A DNA stretch of 64,000 nt from Octopus sinensis. Taxonomy: Eukaryota. The DNA lies in contig NC_043003.1 in assembly GCF_006345805.1 (NCBI RefSeq), positions 90,954,001-91,018,000 of the forward strand, given 5' to 3'. Position 1 is the stretch's first letter. Each line of letters starts with the position of its first letter. The notes under the pieces were generated by a model, which saw only the letters and a program-made list of their open reading frames with translations, searched no databases and had not been told where the DNA came from. The position numbers and the translations under genes were made by a program. This document shows positions 25,420 through 40,480 of the stretch, one piece after another.

Positions 25420-25861
25420 TACCATCTGATTTTCAATTGACAATATGTGCTGGTAGAGAATTTTAGATAATTAACTCCTTTAATATCAACCTACCTGAGA
25501 CTGCCCCAGGTTCTATGAGACAAACTTTCTCTTTTAAAGTCACATGTAGTGTGTAGTACGTTATCTTTAATCAGGATGACTGGAAAGGAGCCATCAAGTG
25601 GAAGTTAAGGTATAAGTGTAAAAAGGGGTCATAAAGGAATGACCCCACTACATAGAGAAATTATGTAGAAGGTTAAGCTAAGGGTATGATGAATGAGAAA
25701 AATTCAACCATATTGCAGTTGACAAAGGCAAACATGCTGGAACATCTAAGATGCAGCTTACTTTTCCTTGTAAAAGTTAACATGTACTCTGCTAAAAAGC
25801 ATTGAATAAGCTTTCAGTTTAATGTTGAATTATTTTTATATATAACTTGATATAAAGATAA

Positions 25862-25902
<41 letters not shown>

Positions 25903-25934
25903 CATATATATATACATATACACGGGTTGATATG

Positions 25935-26217
25935 TATAAGGAAAATAAGACAAAGTAGAAAATGCTAAAATAATTTTATCATGAAGAACATTTCAGTCAT
26001 TGCAACTTTTTCAACTTAGAGTAAAGTATGAAAGCCAAATTGTGGAAAAATGAAATGAAATGTTTTTAAAAAAAATTATATCCATAGTTTTTCAAATGCA
26101 AGGGACATTTTCCTTTTTCTGCCTGTCTCTGTTTTTACTCTTGAAAACGTCACAATGACTGAAACTGGTACTAAAATGTTCTTCATGATAAAATTATTTT
26201 AGCATTGTCTCATTTTC

Positions 26218-26226
<9 letters not shown>
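25935..26226. repeat. Fold-back element with a decayed hammerhead-like core
   Basis: Arms aatgctaaaataattttatcatgaagaacattt / aaatgttcttcatgataaaattattttagcatt. Internal TTGAAAAC-GTCA(caa)TGAC-TGAAACTGGTA. Confidence 0.7.
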
Positions 26227-26249
<23 letters not shown>

Positions 26250-26320
26250 ATTATATATGCACACACATACATATATACACACATGCACACACATATATAC
26301 ATGCATATATATATACTTGC

Positions 26321-26360
<40 letters not shown>

Positions 26361-27674
26361 CTACATACACATTAGCACACACACATATATATGTCTACAT
26401 GTATACTTGAATATAAATGTAGTTATTTATGTATGTAGGTACACTCATGTATATACACACATTTAAATGCCGTGAAGAACAGATTTCCAGAAAGGAAATT
26501 CTATTGGCAGGAAAAGTGCACAAAAAAGAAAATGACAAAAATGATTTAAAAAATAAACACCACAAACTCAATATTGTTTTGTTCATTAAAAAGAAAAATT
26601 ATCAATCTTGTGTTTATTTTTGACAGCAAAAAGAAAAAAAAAAAGAAAGAAAAATACAGAAACTAATGACCATCACCCCTCACATCTCAATAGCACTATT
26701 ACTTTTAATATCCTCACCACCACCGCTACCATCAGAATTATTGCTAATATCCCTACCACCCATCGTCACCATCGCCACCTTCTAATACTGCTGTCATTAA
26801 CACCACCAACACCACCATCACCTCTGCCAAGGCCAATATCACCCCACTTGTTTCTCCTATGAAGGAAGCAGCTGGCAAACCTCTTGAAGGATAATAGGAT
26901 AGGTAGCTGCCAATACAAAGTGAACGGGTTTTTTACTGTAATTTAGTTGAAGACATCATAGTCTCTAGAAAATGTTTATCTATAAATAACTGGAATTTGG
27001 TTACTGGAAGTTGTGTAGAAAAAGAGGAAGGAAGTTGGTGAAAAATAATTCGCAAATGTTTGGTTGCTAGAAACCAAATAATTGGAATAAACTGAACTGC
27101 TAAAGGAGAGGGGGGCAATTTATTTTCTACAAGATATCACTGTGACGTAAGAGTTAGTGAATAAGCGTCAGTGATGTACATATGTACAAATACATAGAAG
27201 AAGGGAACAGAAATATATACACAGACATCTGCATAGATGCATATTTATTTGTGCGTGTGAATATATAGGTGATGATATGATATTTAAGATAATATTACAA
27301 TGAAACAAAGTAATCATTAATACATTATTCACAGTTATATAACATCAACACCATCATCAACATTATCTATTTTTTCGTAATCAACCTAACTCGTAACACA
27401 TCAGCCAAATAAGTTAGGTAACTTTAGGTGGCTCAGCCTTCTCTCTGCATTCCAGTCCCCGCCGGCTCCACTCCCACACATAGCTTTCACAGCTTTCTGT
27501 CTGTTAATGAAATCTACTTCCTTCTTCAGTAATTTCTAGATCTTTCTTGAGATTTGGGATTCAATGAGATCTGAGTTGCTAATGACACAACTGAGTGTTA
27601 TGGCTCCTATTGCTTCACCATATTTCTTTCAATCTATACTGCATTTGATTCAATTAATTTCAGAAGCATTCTTT

Positions 27675-27855
27675 TATTCTTTTACTCGCTTCTGTCATTT
27701 GAATGCAGTTGAACAAAGGAACCGCAGGACTTATTTTTTGCAAGCCTAGTACTTATTCTATTGGCTTGCTTTTGCCCAACTGCTAAGTTATGGGGACATA
27801 AACACACCAACACCAGTTGTCAAGTGGTGATGGGGGGACAAACACATACACAAAT

Positions 27856-27887
<32 letters not shown>

Positions 27888-27980
27888 CAACAGGCTTCTT
27901 TCACTTTCTGTCAACCAAATCCACTCACAAAGCTTTGGTTGGCTCAAGGCTATAGTAGAAGGCACTTACAGAAGGTGCCA
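27675..27980 (-). mobile_element. SINE, family A (truncated)
   Basis: Reverse complement of the family A tail and core. Confidence 0.8.
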
Positions 27981-30410
27981 AATTTAATTAAATAACTCTG
28001 ACATTATTAAGCTGGAGTTTGGAAAATAATTTAACATGAAATTTTTGATGGAAGGTTTTGATTTACATCACTTTAAAAGAGGAAGCTCACCTCTTTCCTT
28101 CTCTACCTCATCATCATTGTTTTTTTATTGTTGTTATCATTGTTCTTACCATGCATCTAAACATATTTTTAATACAGTCATTGGTTAGATGAGCTTAGAA
28201 CTTAGCAGCTTAGCCTCCAGTTTTTTTGCTTTTTCTTTTTTTCTTTTTGTTTTGCTCTTATTGTTTCACCTGTGAGGTGGGTAAATTAGGACTCTATTGT
28301 AGCCCCACTCAGTCAAAAGGGATCTTAATCATGCAAGGTATATAACGACTTCACTGGTACTAGTATCACAAGAAAAAGCATCCAGTATACTCTGTAATGT
28401 TGCTGATGTTAAGAAAGGAATCCATCCGTAGAAACATACTATGGCAGATGTTAAAGTACAATGCAGTTTTCAGATCCATCAGATCCTGTCAACTCATCCA
28501 ACCCATGCCAGCATGAAAGCCAGATGTTAAAAGAGGATGATGATGATGATATGGTCGACGGTGGTGGTGGTGATGGTGATGATGATAATGATGATGATGA
28601 TATTAGAGCACTGGGGGAAAATCCTGTGCAATATGTGTTACAGCTCTATTCTCATTCTAAATTCAAATCCCACTGAGATCAACCTTGCTTTCATATCTTC
28701 AGGGTCAATAAAATAAAGTAAAAATCAAATACTAGGGTCAATAGTATCAACTGATTCCCTCCCCTGAAAACTGCTGACTATATTTGTAAATTGGGGGCAT
28801 TTATTTCATCTATGAGACTCACCTTATCCCAAGCTGTAAGGACATCTTTAGTGTTATCCTAACAGCCATGTTATCTATCATTTGTTTTAATAAAACTAAT
28901 GCAGTTGTTTCTTCCTCGTGTTTGCATTAAGAAAGCCATTATCAGTCATTTTTGGTCATGGCTCCCTTTGGAACTCTTCTCAGGTTCCTAAGGATCTCCT
29001 GTGAAACAACTGTGAATTTCTTCCACTGACCACACTAATACAACACAAACTAGTAGACAGTACCTCACTTCCTTAAAGTAAGCAAAGGTCTCCAAGAGGG
29101 CCTTATGGCTCCCATTGAGAACAACTGCATTATGCAATGCCTTGAATATATTCTAAGCCTACCTTTAACAGTTCTCATCCTTTAAAAATTCAATTATTTG
29201 ATGCCAACCTGTTTTAAAGAGTTTGTATTTAAATTTATGAAAAAAACTTTTGTTAAGTTATGTTTCAGACATGATTTTAACCATGAAAAATTGCTATTTT
29301 ACAAAATCTTTCAAAATTCTTGGTTATTTTAAAAATTAAATGAAACAAATATTTAGTTTATTTCATTAGAATTTAGTCACAAAATTGTTTAATGTAATAT
29401 ATTCTTAATACACCCAGACACACAACAAACCTATCATACCATTCTAGAGCAGAATTAAAACCCTATAAGTAACAAAGAAGCACAAACATGCTATCATTAC
29501 CACTGATTGTAGTATGATGTTGATGAATATATCAATTGGGGGGGGGGGGAAGTACTCCTAACTCAACAGCTTCTTAATTGTCTTCTACAATTCAGTGTAA
29601 TTACATATATGACCAAAGTCTGATGCCAACAAACAAAAGAAGACAAGGAATTAAATGCCACTCATCGGGAAAGGCCAGATACAGCACTGTGGTGTTCTTT
29701 TCTACATATAAGTTTATGAAATATCTCTAATAATTATCATCAAATTTTTCTACTTTCCCTGGAGTGTCCACCTTTACTATTTTCAGCAAGTTCTTCAAAT
29801 AACCAAAATTCAAGAACTATACTAATATTAAAACTATCTTGGAGAAAAAAAACTCTTCTTTAGCAACACTGGCTGCAACTACAATTTGCTGACCATAGAA
29901 CCTCCAAAGTGTTTGTGCCTCCAAAGGTATTGAACTTCCAGAGCTATTGTATCTGCAAAGCTACAATACATCCTGTTGAAACATGACACCTAGAACTAAG
30001 TGCATCAAGGATTTCCTTGGCATAGAAAGTTGCTGGTTGTTTCAATGAATTCGAGTACATTCATGTAATATTCTTTCACTAGATTATATTCAAACAGTTG
30101 GTTCTTGCAAACAGAATTGGTAGAATATATTGCAATGAATTCTTCTGTCTAAACATACATTTTCAAACATTTCAAATTACATTTTCCCAGACATGAGAAG
30201 CAAAAGTTACAGGTAGGGGAATGTTCTAAACGAGCAAATAAACCAATTAACAAGAAAAGCTATGTTATGTGAGTGGGTGAATGTTCACAGAAGGAGGTAT
30301 TCAGCCTGATCATATTTCCCCACTGGCTTGGAGAACAAGAAAGGAAAAGATATACATGTGTGTGTGTGTGTGAGCATGTGTATGCATGTGTATATATGTA
30401 ATATATATAT

Positions 30411-30452
<42 letters not shown>

Positions 30453-30658
30453 CATACATATACACACACATGCAAGTATAATATAAACAAGCACATACAT
30501 GGATGTGTGTGGGTGTATGTTTGGGTGTATGTGTTTACAGATAAAGAGAGATAAACAGACATGTATATATATATATATATATGTAAATATATATACACAC
30601 ACACATACATATACATGTATATATGCATATATGTATGGACTAACCCTTCTCTCTCTCA

Positions 30659-30713
<55 letters not shown>

Positions 30714-30716
30714 TAC

Positions 30717-30749
<33 letters not shown>

Positions 30750-31659
30750 AACACATTCATGCATGTATGTATGTATGTATGTATGTATGATATTACTTTA
30801 TCTGTTTAGAAGTTGAGTTGGCAAGAGCATTTAGAAGCAGTGCCAATTAAAAAGAACCAAATCAACAGATGTGACTGTAACAGTAGATTATGTAAAGCAG
30901 CACGGATCCAACATTGAGAAATTCTACCATCCACCATCAAAAACACCTTCATTATTCTACTTCAACCATTTTTTACATCTTTCCTTCCATCTTCAATGAT
31001 GTCAGTGTTGCTGTTGTTTAACCTTAGGTCAGTTCTGATCAAACAGACCTATGATCAAGATATTCCAGCCATGCCTTACATTATTCAATATATCCTTCTT
31101 AATTTTAGCTGGTAAACTAGATAGGTACAGGCATGGCTATGTGGTTGAGGGATTTGCTTACCAACCAGATGGTTTTGGGTTTAGTCCCAATGTGTGACAT
31201 GTTGGGGCAAAAGTATTTGTTCTGATTCTTTATGTCCTGAGTTCAAATTTTGCTGAGGCCAACTTTGCTGAAGCCAACTTCTGGGGTCAGTAAATTAAAG
31301 AACCACTTGAGTGCTGAAGTGGATGTAACTGACTAACCTCTGCCCAAAATTGCTGTGCCTATGCCTTTAATCAGAAAACATTGTTATTATTATCATTATT
31401 ACTATTATTAGATGTCAAGCTGGTTGAATCTTTATGGTGCTGGACAAAATGCTTTGTGGTCTTTTTTTCCAGTTCTTTACATTCTGAGTTCAAATCCTGC
31501 TAAGGTTGACTTTACTTTTTGTCCTTTCAGGGTCAATAAAATAAGAACCAGTTCTGCACTAGGTTCAGTGTAATCAACTTACCCTTCCCCTCAAAACTGC
31601 TGGCCTTGTAGCAAACTTACAAAGATTTATTATTATTATTATTACTATTATTATTATTA

Positions 31660-31895
31660 ATTCTTTATTGCCCACCAAGGGGCTAAACATAGAGAGGACA
31701 AACAAGGACAGACAAAGGGATTAAGTCGATTACATTGACCCCAGTGAGTAACTGGTACTTAATTTATTGACCCCGAAAGGATGAAAGGCAAAGTTGACCT
31801 TGGCAGAATTTGAACTTAAAACATAACAGCAGACGAAATACTGCTAAGCATTTTGCCCGGCATGCTAATGTTTCTGCCAGCTCGCTGCCTTCCTT
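31660..31895 (-). mobile_element. tRNA-derived SINE, family B (Meta-domain-like), within a SINE cluster at 31120-32030
   Basis: Minus strand GAGCTGGCAGAAACATTAGCATGCCGGGC...AAGTTCAAATTCTGCC...TTTGCCTTTCATCCTTTCGGGGTCAATAAATTAAGTACCAG with an (AAT)n tail. Confidence 0.85.
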
Positions 31896-32689
31896 TATTA
31901 TTATTATTATTGTTGTTGTTGTTGTTGTTGTTGTTGTTATTATTACTAGGATGACAATCATACAGAATCATTAGTATGCCAGACAAAATGCTTATTGTTC
32001 TTTACATTCTGAGTTCAAATTTTAACAAGGAATCCTCTGAAATGAAAAAAACACAAATGTTATGGCACTATCTGCTGTATCTTTGAAAATGAAACCTTGG
32101 CCAAACACAGGCTGAATTGTCAGACATACCTCTAACCCTTACATTTGTGCCCAAGAGAATGAGTCAAAGAAATATAAGAGTGACACTAAAAGACACTGGA
32201 AATGACATAAACCCATGGCTAATAGTGGCTTTTGTATTTCAATATGGAGAAGGGGGGAAGTAGAGTTAACAAAAAGTGGCATATAGTAAGGGGTGGGTGG
32301 TGCCAAAAAGTATTGGCAAATCCTAACAACCCTTGAAGACCACAAAGTCATACCAGAAATGTGCCCAGTACAAGACACTAAAATAAAAGGCATGAGATGG
32401 GACTGAACCTGAAACCATGTGGTTGAGAAACAAACTTTTTAACCACACAGCCATGCCTGCACTTTATCAGACATGGTTTAATGCAAAATTTGTTATCTTG
32501 TGTAGCCTTTAACAAAAAAGGAACCCAAGCCATGCTTATACACTTAGCCATACTCAATGATTGCTAAATTTACCTCTCCATTTTTTGACACGAAACCATT
32601 AAATAACAGCTTTAACCAACTATCAAAAGTCTATTATAAGGATGATGATGATGATGATGATATGATGATGATGATGATGCAAATAAAGC

Positions 32690-35080
32690 AGAAGTAATAG
32701 GAAGAGCTATAACACAAGAATACGATGATGGCCAACAAGATATAGTGAGGATTCTGAACCGATATATTAGAGAAGACCAGGATCAAGCACCCCCCCCCCC
32801 AATTTGAGGTACATTGATTGACGCAAGCTCAAAGCTGAAACCATAAAGATAGATTCAGTTGTTGGGCTATTCCAGACGAGAATTATAACTGAAACTAATA
32901 AGATTATTTGGGCTGCAGCTATGGTTGCTGCAGATAGAATTGGATAAGAGACGAATTTGTGAGAAACAAAGTTAAAAAGCCATTTAGGACAAGTTGATAG
33001 ATTGAGTAGATGGGAAATTCAGGTTACTGGATGAAGAAGCTGAGAGGACTACATGAAAGGATAGCACAACAGCTAGATGACTGCTTGCAGAAAGGTGCAG
33101 TACCCAGCTGGATGACAAAGAGACAGACATTGTTGTGAGCCAAGGATCCTGCTTTAGACCAATAACGTGACTTCTGCTAATGTGGAAACTAATGTCAGGT
33201 GTGTTGGCCAATGAACTATATAGATATCTAGAAACAATGGGCTGCTACCTATTGAACAGAAAGGGTGCTGAAAGAGGAGCTGGGGAATGAAGGATCAACT
33301 CTTAATTGATAATCTAATTATCAGGAACTGCAAAAGAGGACACACAAACCTGAGCATGGCATGGGTTGACTATTGTAAAGCATACAATATGATACCACAC
33401 TCCTGGATAATATATACAAAGGAAATGTATGGAATAGCAGAAAATATGAGAAGCCAAGCCTTATATGGAATAGCATGAAATGCTGGAGAACGGAATTGAC
33501 ACCAGAAAAATCAAGTATTAGGACAGGTGAAAATCAAGAGAAGTATCTTTCAGGGGACAGTGTGTTCTCAATGATCTTCATGGTGGGAATGATCCCCTTG
33601 AGTGAAATAGTACAGAAAACAAAGTTAGGGTATGATCTGGGAAGAGGAAAGGGAAAACCAAACCACTTGCTATTAATGGACGACCTGAAGCTATTCACAA
33701 AAACTGAGGCAGAACTGGACACCCTAGTCCACTCTGTGCAGATTTTCTCCAATGATATTAAGATGGAGATTGGATTCTCAAAATGTGCTACAATAGTGAT
33801 GAGACGAGGAAAGTTTTTCAGAACAGAAGATATATGATTGCCAAGTGGTGAAATGATGAAGACAATTCAATCCAGCTACAAATACCTGCAGCGAGTGACA
33901 ATAATATTGGCTTCAAAGCTTCAAATGCCAGGAACATAATATCAGCAATAAACTTGTGCACAGTTGCAGTAGTTTGATATGGCACTGGAATCCTGAAGTG
34001 GACAGAGGAGGAGCTAAAGGAGACGGACAGGAAGTCAAAAAGGCTTCTAATGATGCATGGAGCTTATCATCCACGTGTGGACACTGATTGCTTATACATG
34101 AAGAGAGCAAATGGAGGAAGATGGCTGATAAGTGTGTAAGACTGCATACATATCAAACTCGAGAGCTCAATGAGATACCTAGCCCAAATAAGAAAACCTT
34201 ACTAGTAACAGTTAGGAATAAGGGAGTATTGAAAGCAGAGAAAAAAGGAAAAACAAAGGAAGAAGTGCAAAAAGGAGATGAAGAAGAATTACGCCAGAAG
34301 GAACTACACAGTCAGTTTCATGCAGCCACAACAGAAGTTGCTGGAAAAAACAGATGGGATTGGCTGATGAGAGAAACACTAAAAAAAGAAACCAAGAGCA
34401 CTATACTTGTAGTGCAAGTCCAAGCTTTGGCCAAGAGCCTTAGGAATGAGCAAATGTCTTCGCTGTGCTGCATCTGCAATAGATTGGATGAAACCATTGC
34501 CCATATCATGAACGAATATCCTAGACTTGCCCAGAACCAATACAAGAAAAAGTGGAGGCTAGAGAGAGGCAAGACATGGTATGAGCATAAACCACAGACA
34601 GTAGCAGAGTTGGAAACTTGCAAAATCCTCTAGGATTTCCCAATCCAAACAGATCAGGGGTTAGAGCATAACAGACTGGACTTAGTGGTGGTGGAAAAGA
34701 TGCAATACATATGCTATACAGTTGATGTTGCATGTCCCTTTGACTCATAAATAGTTAAAAAGGAAGACAAAAAGATAAATACAACCCTCTTAAGTACAAA
34801 TTAACTCGACTATGGAAAATGAAGAAGGTGAAGATAGTGCCAATTATTGTTGGGTCCTTTGGATCAGTATCAGAAGGCATCAAGGGAATATAAAGGAAAT
34901 TGGAATAGAGTGCCCAGTAGAACTGTTACAAAAGGTTTGTCTCCTTGGCACAGCCAGAATAATCAATAAAGTATTAGATGGCTGAAAAGAATGGATAGGC
35001 TGCACGTAGCAAGCCCGCTACACATGTAAGACTCCAGGAGCTCTGACAAAACTTGTAATAAAGAGAAATAATAATAATAA
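32690..35080 (+). mobile_element. Degenerate R4/Dong-like non-LTR retrotransposon (RT plus restriction-like endonuclease)
   Basis: Peptides [67 protein letters not shown]. Ends in (AAT)n. Confidence 0.85.
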
Positions 35081-36063
35081 TCCTTTCTACTATAGGTATA
35101 AGGCCTGAAATACTGGATGAGGGGGCTAGTTGATTTTATCAACCCATTACTTATTTTACTGACCCCAAAAGCATGAAAGACAAAGTCAAGTTCAGCAGAA
35201 TTTGAACTTGGAATATAAAGCCAGAAGAAATGCCACTAAGTGTTTTGTTCAGCATCCTAATGATTCTGCCAGCTCACTACCTATATAATAATTACAGTGA
35301 TAATATACAAAGATTTTTGTTTGTTGTGAACTATTATTTAGCAGGAGGAATTACTGAAGTTGAAAGATAAGCAAGCAATGTAATTAAGAAAGCTATAGGG
35401 GAGTGTTTGTGTTATATATATCTGTATTTGTGTGTGCATATCATCATCATCGTCGTTTAACGTCCGTTCTCCATGCTAGCATGGGTTGGACGGTTCGACC
35501 GGGGTTCTGGGAAGCCAGAAGGCTGCACCAGGCTCCAGTCTAATTTGGCAATGTTTCTACAGCTGGATGCCCTTCCTAACGCCAACCACTCCGTGAGTGT
35601 AGTGGGTGCTTTTTACGTGCCACCTGCACAGGTGCCAGGCGGGGCTGGCAACGGCCACGGTCAGATTGGTGTATTGAGTGTATATTTTTTTTATATATCT
35701 GTGTGTGTGTATATCTGTATCATCACTCATCTTCATTTTATCATCAACATTTACATACTTGTCTGAGTCAGATGGAATTCCTTAAGGCAGATTTTCTATG
35801 GTTGGACACACTTCTTGCTGCCAAACCTCACTTGTTTCCAAGCAAGGAAATATTTCCCCATACTGAACATATTTTCATAGAAGATTGGAAACACAGAATA
35901 CCTCTTTAATGATAGTGACAGTCATGTACCAAGACAAGTAGATACTAACATCATCATCATCATCATGATCATCATCATCATCATCGTTTAGCATCCGTTA
36001 AACGATGATGATGATGATGATGATGATGATGATACACACAAATGCATATACACCAAAGTACAT

Positions 36064-36103
<40 letters not shown>

Positions 36104-36149
36104 ACAATGAACTGTTCCATGATTGTAAGATCAATGAAAAAAGTACAAT

Positions 36150-38735
36150 TATCATCATCATCATCATCATCATTTAGCGTCCGTTTTCATGCTAGCATGG
36201 GTTGGACGGTTCTACTGGGGTCTGTGAAGCCAGAAGAAGGCATTCAGCCAAGGCCGGCAGTCAAATCTGGCAGTTGTTTTGCTGGATGCCCTTCCTAACG
36301 CCACCACTCCGTGAGTGTAGTGGGTGCTTTTTTACGTGCCACCCGCACTGGTGCCAGACAGAGCTGGCAAACGGCCACGAACGGATGGTGCTTTTATGTG
36401 CCACCGGCACGAGGGCCAGGCGAGGCTGGCAACGGGTCGCAAAACGGAAAGTTCTCTTACATGCCACCGGCACTGGTAACACATCTGCAATTTCCATTGA
36501 TCGATTTCCATTGATCGATTTCGATTCTGATCCTCACTTGCCTCAATGGGTCTTCACAAGCAGAGTTTCGACATGCCACCGGCACTGGTAGCACATCCGC
36601 AATTTCCATTGATCGATTTCGATTCTGATCCTCACTTGCCTCAACACGTCTTCACAAGTAGAGTTTTGTGTCCCAAGAAGGGAAGGTATGCATACGTAGG
36701 CTGGCTCCATCCCATGTAGAAGGCCACGGGTTGTGGACTCACTTGTCCTGCCGGGTCTTCTCGCGCACAGCACACTTCCAGAGGTCTCGTCTCTAGTCAT
36801 TTCCTCAGTGAGACCTAAAGTTCGAAGGTCGTGCTTCACCACCTCGTCCCAGGTTTTCCTGGGTCTGCCTCTTCCACAGGTTCCCTCAACCGCTAGGTGT
36901 GGCACTTTTTCACACAACTATCTTCATCCATTCTCGCCACATGACCATACCAGCGCAAACGTCTCTCTTGCACACCACAACTGATGCTTCTTAGGTCCAG
37001 CTTTTCTCTCAAAGTACTTACACTCTGCCGAGTGTGAGTTACACATCCATCGGAGCATACTGGCTTCATTTCTAGCGAGCTTACGCATATCCTCAGCAGT
37101 CACGGCCCATGTTTCACTGCCATGTAGCATGGCTGTACGTACACACGCATCATACAGTCTGCCTTTCACTCTGTGCGAGAGGCCTTTTGTCACCAGCAGA
37201 GGTAAGAGCTCTCTGAACTTTGCCCAAGCTATTCTTACTCTAGCAGTTACACTTTCAGCACACCCACCCCCGCTGCTGACTTGGTCACTAGGTAACGGAA
37301 ACTATCAACTATTTCTAGTTTTTCTCCCTGGAAAGTGACGGAAGTTGGTCTCAGAGCATTTTCAGTGTTTATTGTTCCTGAGCATCTGCCACATACAAAA
37401 ACCATCTTCCTAGTTAGCCTTCCTTTGACATTGCTGCATCTCTTATGTGTCCATAGCTTACACTTGGTGCATTATAGAGTTTCTACCTACACCTTTTCTA
37501 CAGATCGAGCAGGGCCATCTACCTGAAGGTGTTTGTGATTTGTCTACTTCCTACTGATTACGACTTTGGTTTTAGCTAGATTGACTCTGAGGCCCTTCGA
37601 TTCTAATCCTTGTTCCACACCTGAAACTTCTCCTCCAGTTCTGATAGCGACTCAGCAATTAGAGCAAGGTCATCAGCATAGAGGAGCTCCCAAGGGCATC
37701 CTGTCTTGAATTCCTCCGTTATTGCCTGGAGGACTATGATAAATAGGAGGGGGCTGAGTACTGAGCCTTGGTGGACCCCTACCTCTACCCGGAATTCTTC
37801 ACTGTACTCATTTCCAACCCTCACCTACTAGCGGCGTCCCTATACATGGCCCGCACAGCTCTCACTAACCATTCATCTATCCCTAGTTTTCTCATTGCCC
37901 ACCAGATAAGGGATCGGGGGACCCTGTCGAAGGCTTTCTCCATGTCAACAAAAGCCAGGTACAGGGGCTTATCTTTGGCTAGGTATTTCTCCTGCAGCTG
38001 CCTTACCAGGAATATAGCATCAGTAGTACTTTTCCCTGGCACAAACCCAAACTGCATCTCATCTAAACTAACTCTCTCTCTAATTAGTTGGGCTATGACC
38101 CTCTCCGTAACCTTCATCACCTGGTCCAACAGCTTGATACCTCTGTAGTTATTGTATCTAGGGCATCACCTTTACCTTTGTAGCAGTTGACTATTATACT
38201 GCTACACCAGTCATTGGTATGACCCCTTTGTGTATCACCTGATTAACTATAGGGTGGACTAGGCTATAGCCGACACTACCAGACATTTTGAGCATCTCTG
38301 CAGTGATTCCTGATGGGCCGGGGCTTTCCCTGTCTTCATGCTTCTAATTGCCTTAGCTACCACAGAACTATCAACTCGGATAGCTGGTCCCTCTGTTGGG
38401 TCAACATTCGGCAGACTCTCTTTATCCCATTCATTTTCTTCATTCAGCACCCTTTCATAGTGGCATCTCCAAACCTCTCTCTTCGCATCCTCATTTAGCG
38501 CAAGTGAACCATCTTCCATGCGAACACACTTCTCTCCTACCACATCACGATTCTCTCTCAAACACTGTCTTGCAACGAAACACCTCCAGTCTTTGGTCCT
38601 CACGGCGCAGAACATTGGCAAATTTTTTCTTATCTGCTTCCCCTCTGGCTAAATAAACCTGTCTCCTAGCTTCTCTTTTGGCAGTCTGATACAATTCCCC
38701 GCTACCCCCATTTTTCCAGACCTTCCAAGCCTGTA
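36150..38735 (-). mobile_element. Young 5'-truncated RTE-clade LINE with frameshifts
   Basis: Peptides FVDMEKAFDRVP, GVHQGSVLSPLLF, LLYADDL, MLHGSETW, GRGRPRKTW. Followed by a 3' UTR with tandem subrepeats and an (ATG)n tail. Confidence 0.95.
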
Positions 38736-38737
38736 TT

Positions 38738-38788
<51 letters not shown>

Positions 38789-38829
38789 CATGCATATATA
38801 TATATGTTGTCATTGGCTTTATCTCATAT

Positions 38830-39250
38830 CCAAGAATTTAGTTTCTCCTTTACTGAATGTTTCCTTTATGGTGACAGCATTCATGATTAAGTAGACCAAA
38901 TCTTGCATAGAAGAGTCAATGGCATTGACAGCTTGGTAATGTTGGGGGGAGGACGAGGTTGATTTTGTCGAGACTTTCTCTCCTGTCATTTGATTTTTTC
39001 ATTTTCTCCTCTGGTGGCTTCCTTGAGCATCAAATGGGAACACTACATGACCAACAACAAAGTTGTGGAAAGAGCCAACAGTCAAAGCATCAAATTGCAG
39101 ATCATGAAACTCCATCTTTGGTGGTCAGGACACGTAACAAGAATGAAAAAGTCAAGGTCCCTACTACAAATCTTATTCAGGGAAAAGACCATGGTATTGC
39201 CCTCTTCAAAGATACAAAGATCAACTCAAAACAACACTGAAAGTCACTGG
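38830..39250 (+). mobile_element. Old RTE/BovB-like LINE fragment
   Basis: Peptide LSIKWEHYMTNNKVVERA...LWWSGHVTRM. Confidence 0.55.
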
Positions 39251-39274
39251 ACTTGATATATCTATCTATACATA

Positions 39275-40480
39275 CAGGGGTTGCACAAAATAATGGAAAC
39301 ACCTAGCATCATAGCATCATAATTTTGAAATATCTATAAAACCCTCAAAAGCTTGTTTATTTTTATGTTTTTTGATTTATTATTAGTGTTGCTTAATATG
39401 TTTTGCTAAAATTGCTGTTTCTTTTCAGATATCATAAGAAAAAAGTAATTAAAAATTCATTAAAATAACAGGCGCTAGCATAACAAAAACAGCCAAAATG
39501 TTTGGTGCATCTAGAAGTAATGTCTCCAAGGTAATGACAGCCTTTGAGAAAGAGGGAAAAAAACCTCCTCATCAAAACAAAACTCCAGAAGAAAACCAAA
39601 ACTTTCAGATAGGGCCTGTCAGACTCTTACACGAATTGTTAGAAAGGATCACAAAAGCACAGCTCCCAAAATTACTGCAGAGCTTAATGACCACCTCAAG
39701 AACCCAGTTTCCACAAAAACTGTTCACCGGGAGCTGCACTTAGCTGGATTTCATGGAAGGGCTGCAATCAGAAAACCACTACTTTTAAAAACAAACATTG
39801 CAATGCGTTTAGAGTGGAGTAAAAACCTAGAGTAGTGGAAGAATGTTATTTTCTTGAATGAGTCATCCTTTACCTTATTTCCAACCACCGGCCGAATATA
39901 CGTGTGGAGACAGTCAAAAGAAGTATTTGACCCAGATTGCCTTCTTTCAACTGTTAAACATGGAGGAGGATCTGTGATGATCGGGGGGGGGGGGACTATA
40001 TCTTGGAAATCCGCCAGCCCATTGATTTCCCTTCATGGCAGAATTAATAGTCAAGACTATTTAAGCATTTTATATGATCCTATGGTTGCAGAACTGTTTC
40101 CAGAGGGAAATGCAATCTTTCAGGATGATAATGCACCAATTCACACAGCTAAAGTTGTTACTGAATGCATGATGAACATTCTAGTGAAGTTGAACATCTT
40201 ATCTGGCCACCACAGTCCCCAGATATCAATATTATTGAACATTAATGGTGCATTTTAGAAAAACAAGTAAGGAGTAATCCTCCACCATCATCACTACAAG
40301 AACTGGAAACTGTTTTAGCTGAAGAATGGACAAAAATTCCTTCAGAAACAATTCAGACTTTGTACAAGTCTATACCTCATAGAATTCAAGCTGTAATTAC
40401 ATCCAAAGACGGTCCTACCCCATATTAAAATTAATTTGTTTGGAATTTTAAGGTGTTTCCATTATTTTGTCCAACCCCCA
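39275..40480 (+). mobile_element. Tc1-like DNA transposon with both ends and an inactivated transposase
   Basis: TIRs CAGGGGTTGCACAAAATAATGGAAACACC / GGTGTTTCCATTATTTTGTCCAACCCCCA with TA on both sides. Peptides ESSFTLF, TVKHGGGSVM, FQDDNAPIH, WPPQSPDINIIE with frameshifts. Confidence 0.93.

Noticed and set aside
28816-28870. Minus-strand ATG...AG|GTGAGT as the first coding exon (MAVRITLKMSLQLGIR)
   Set aside because: Ends in phase 2 whereas the PDZ exon starts in phase 0, and it lacks the PDZ WGF motif.
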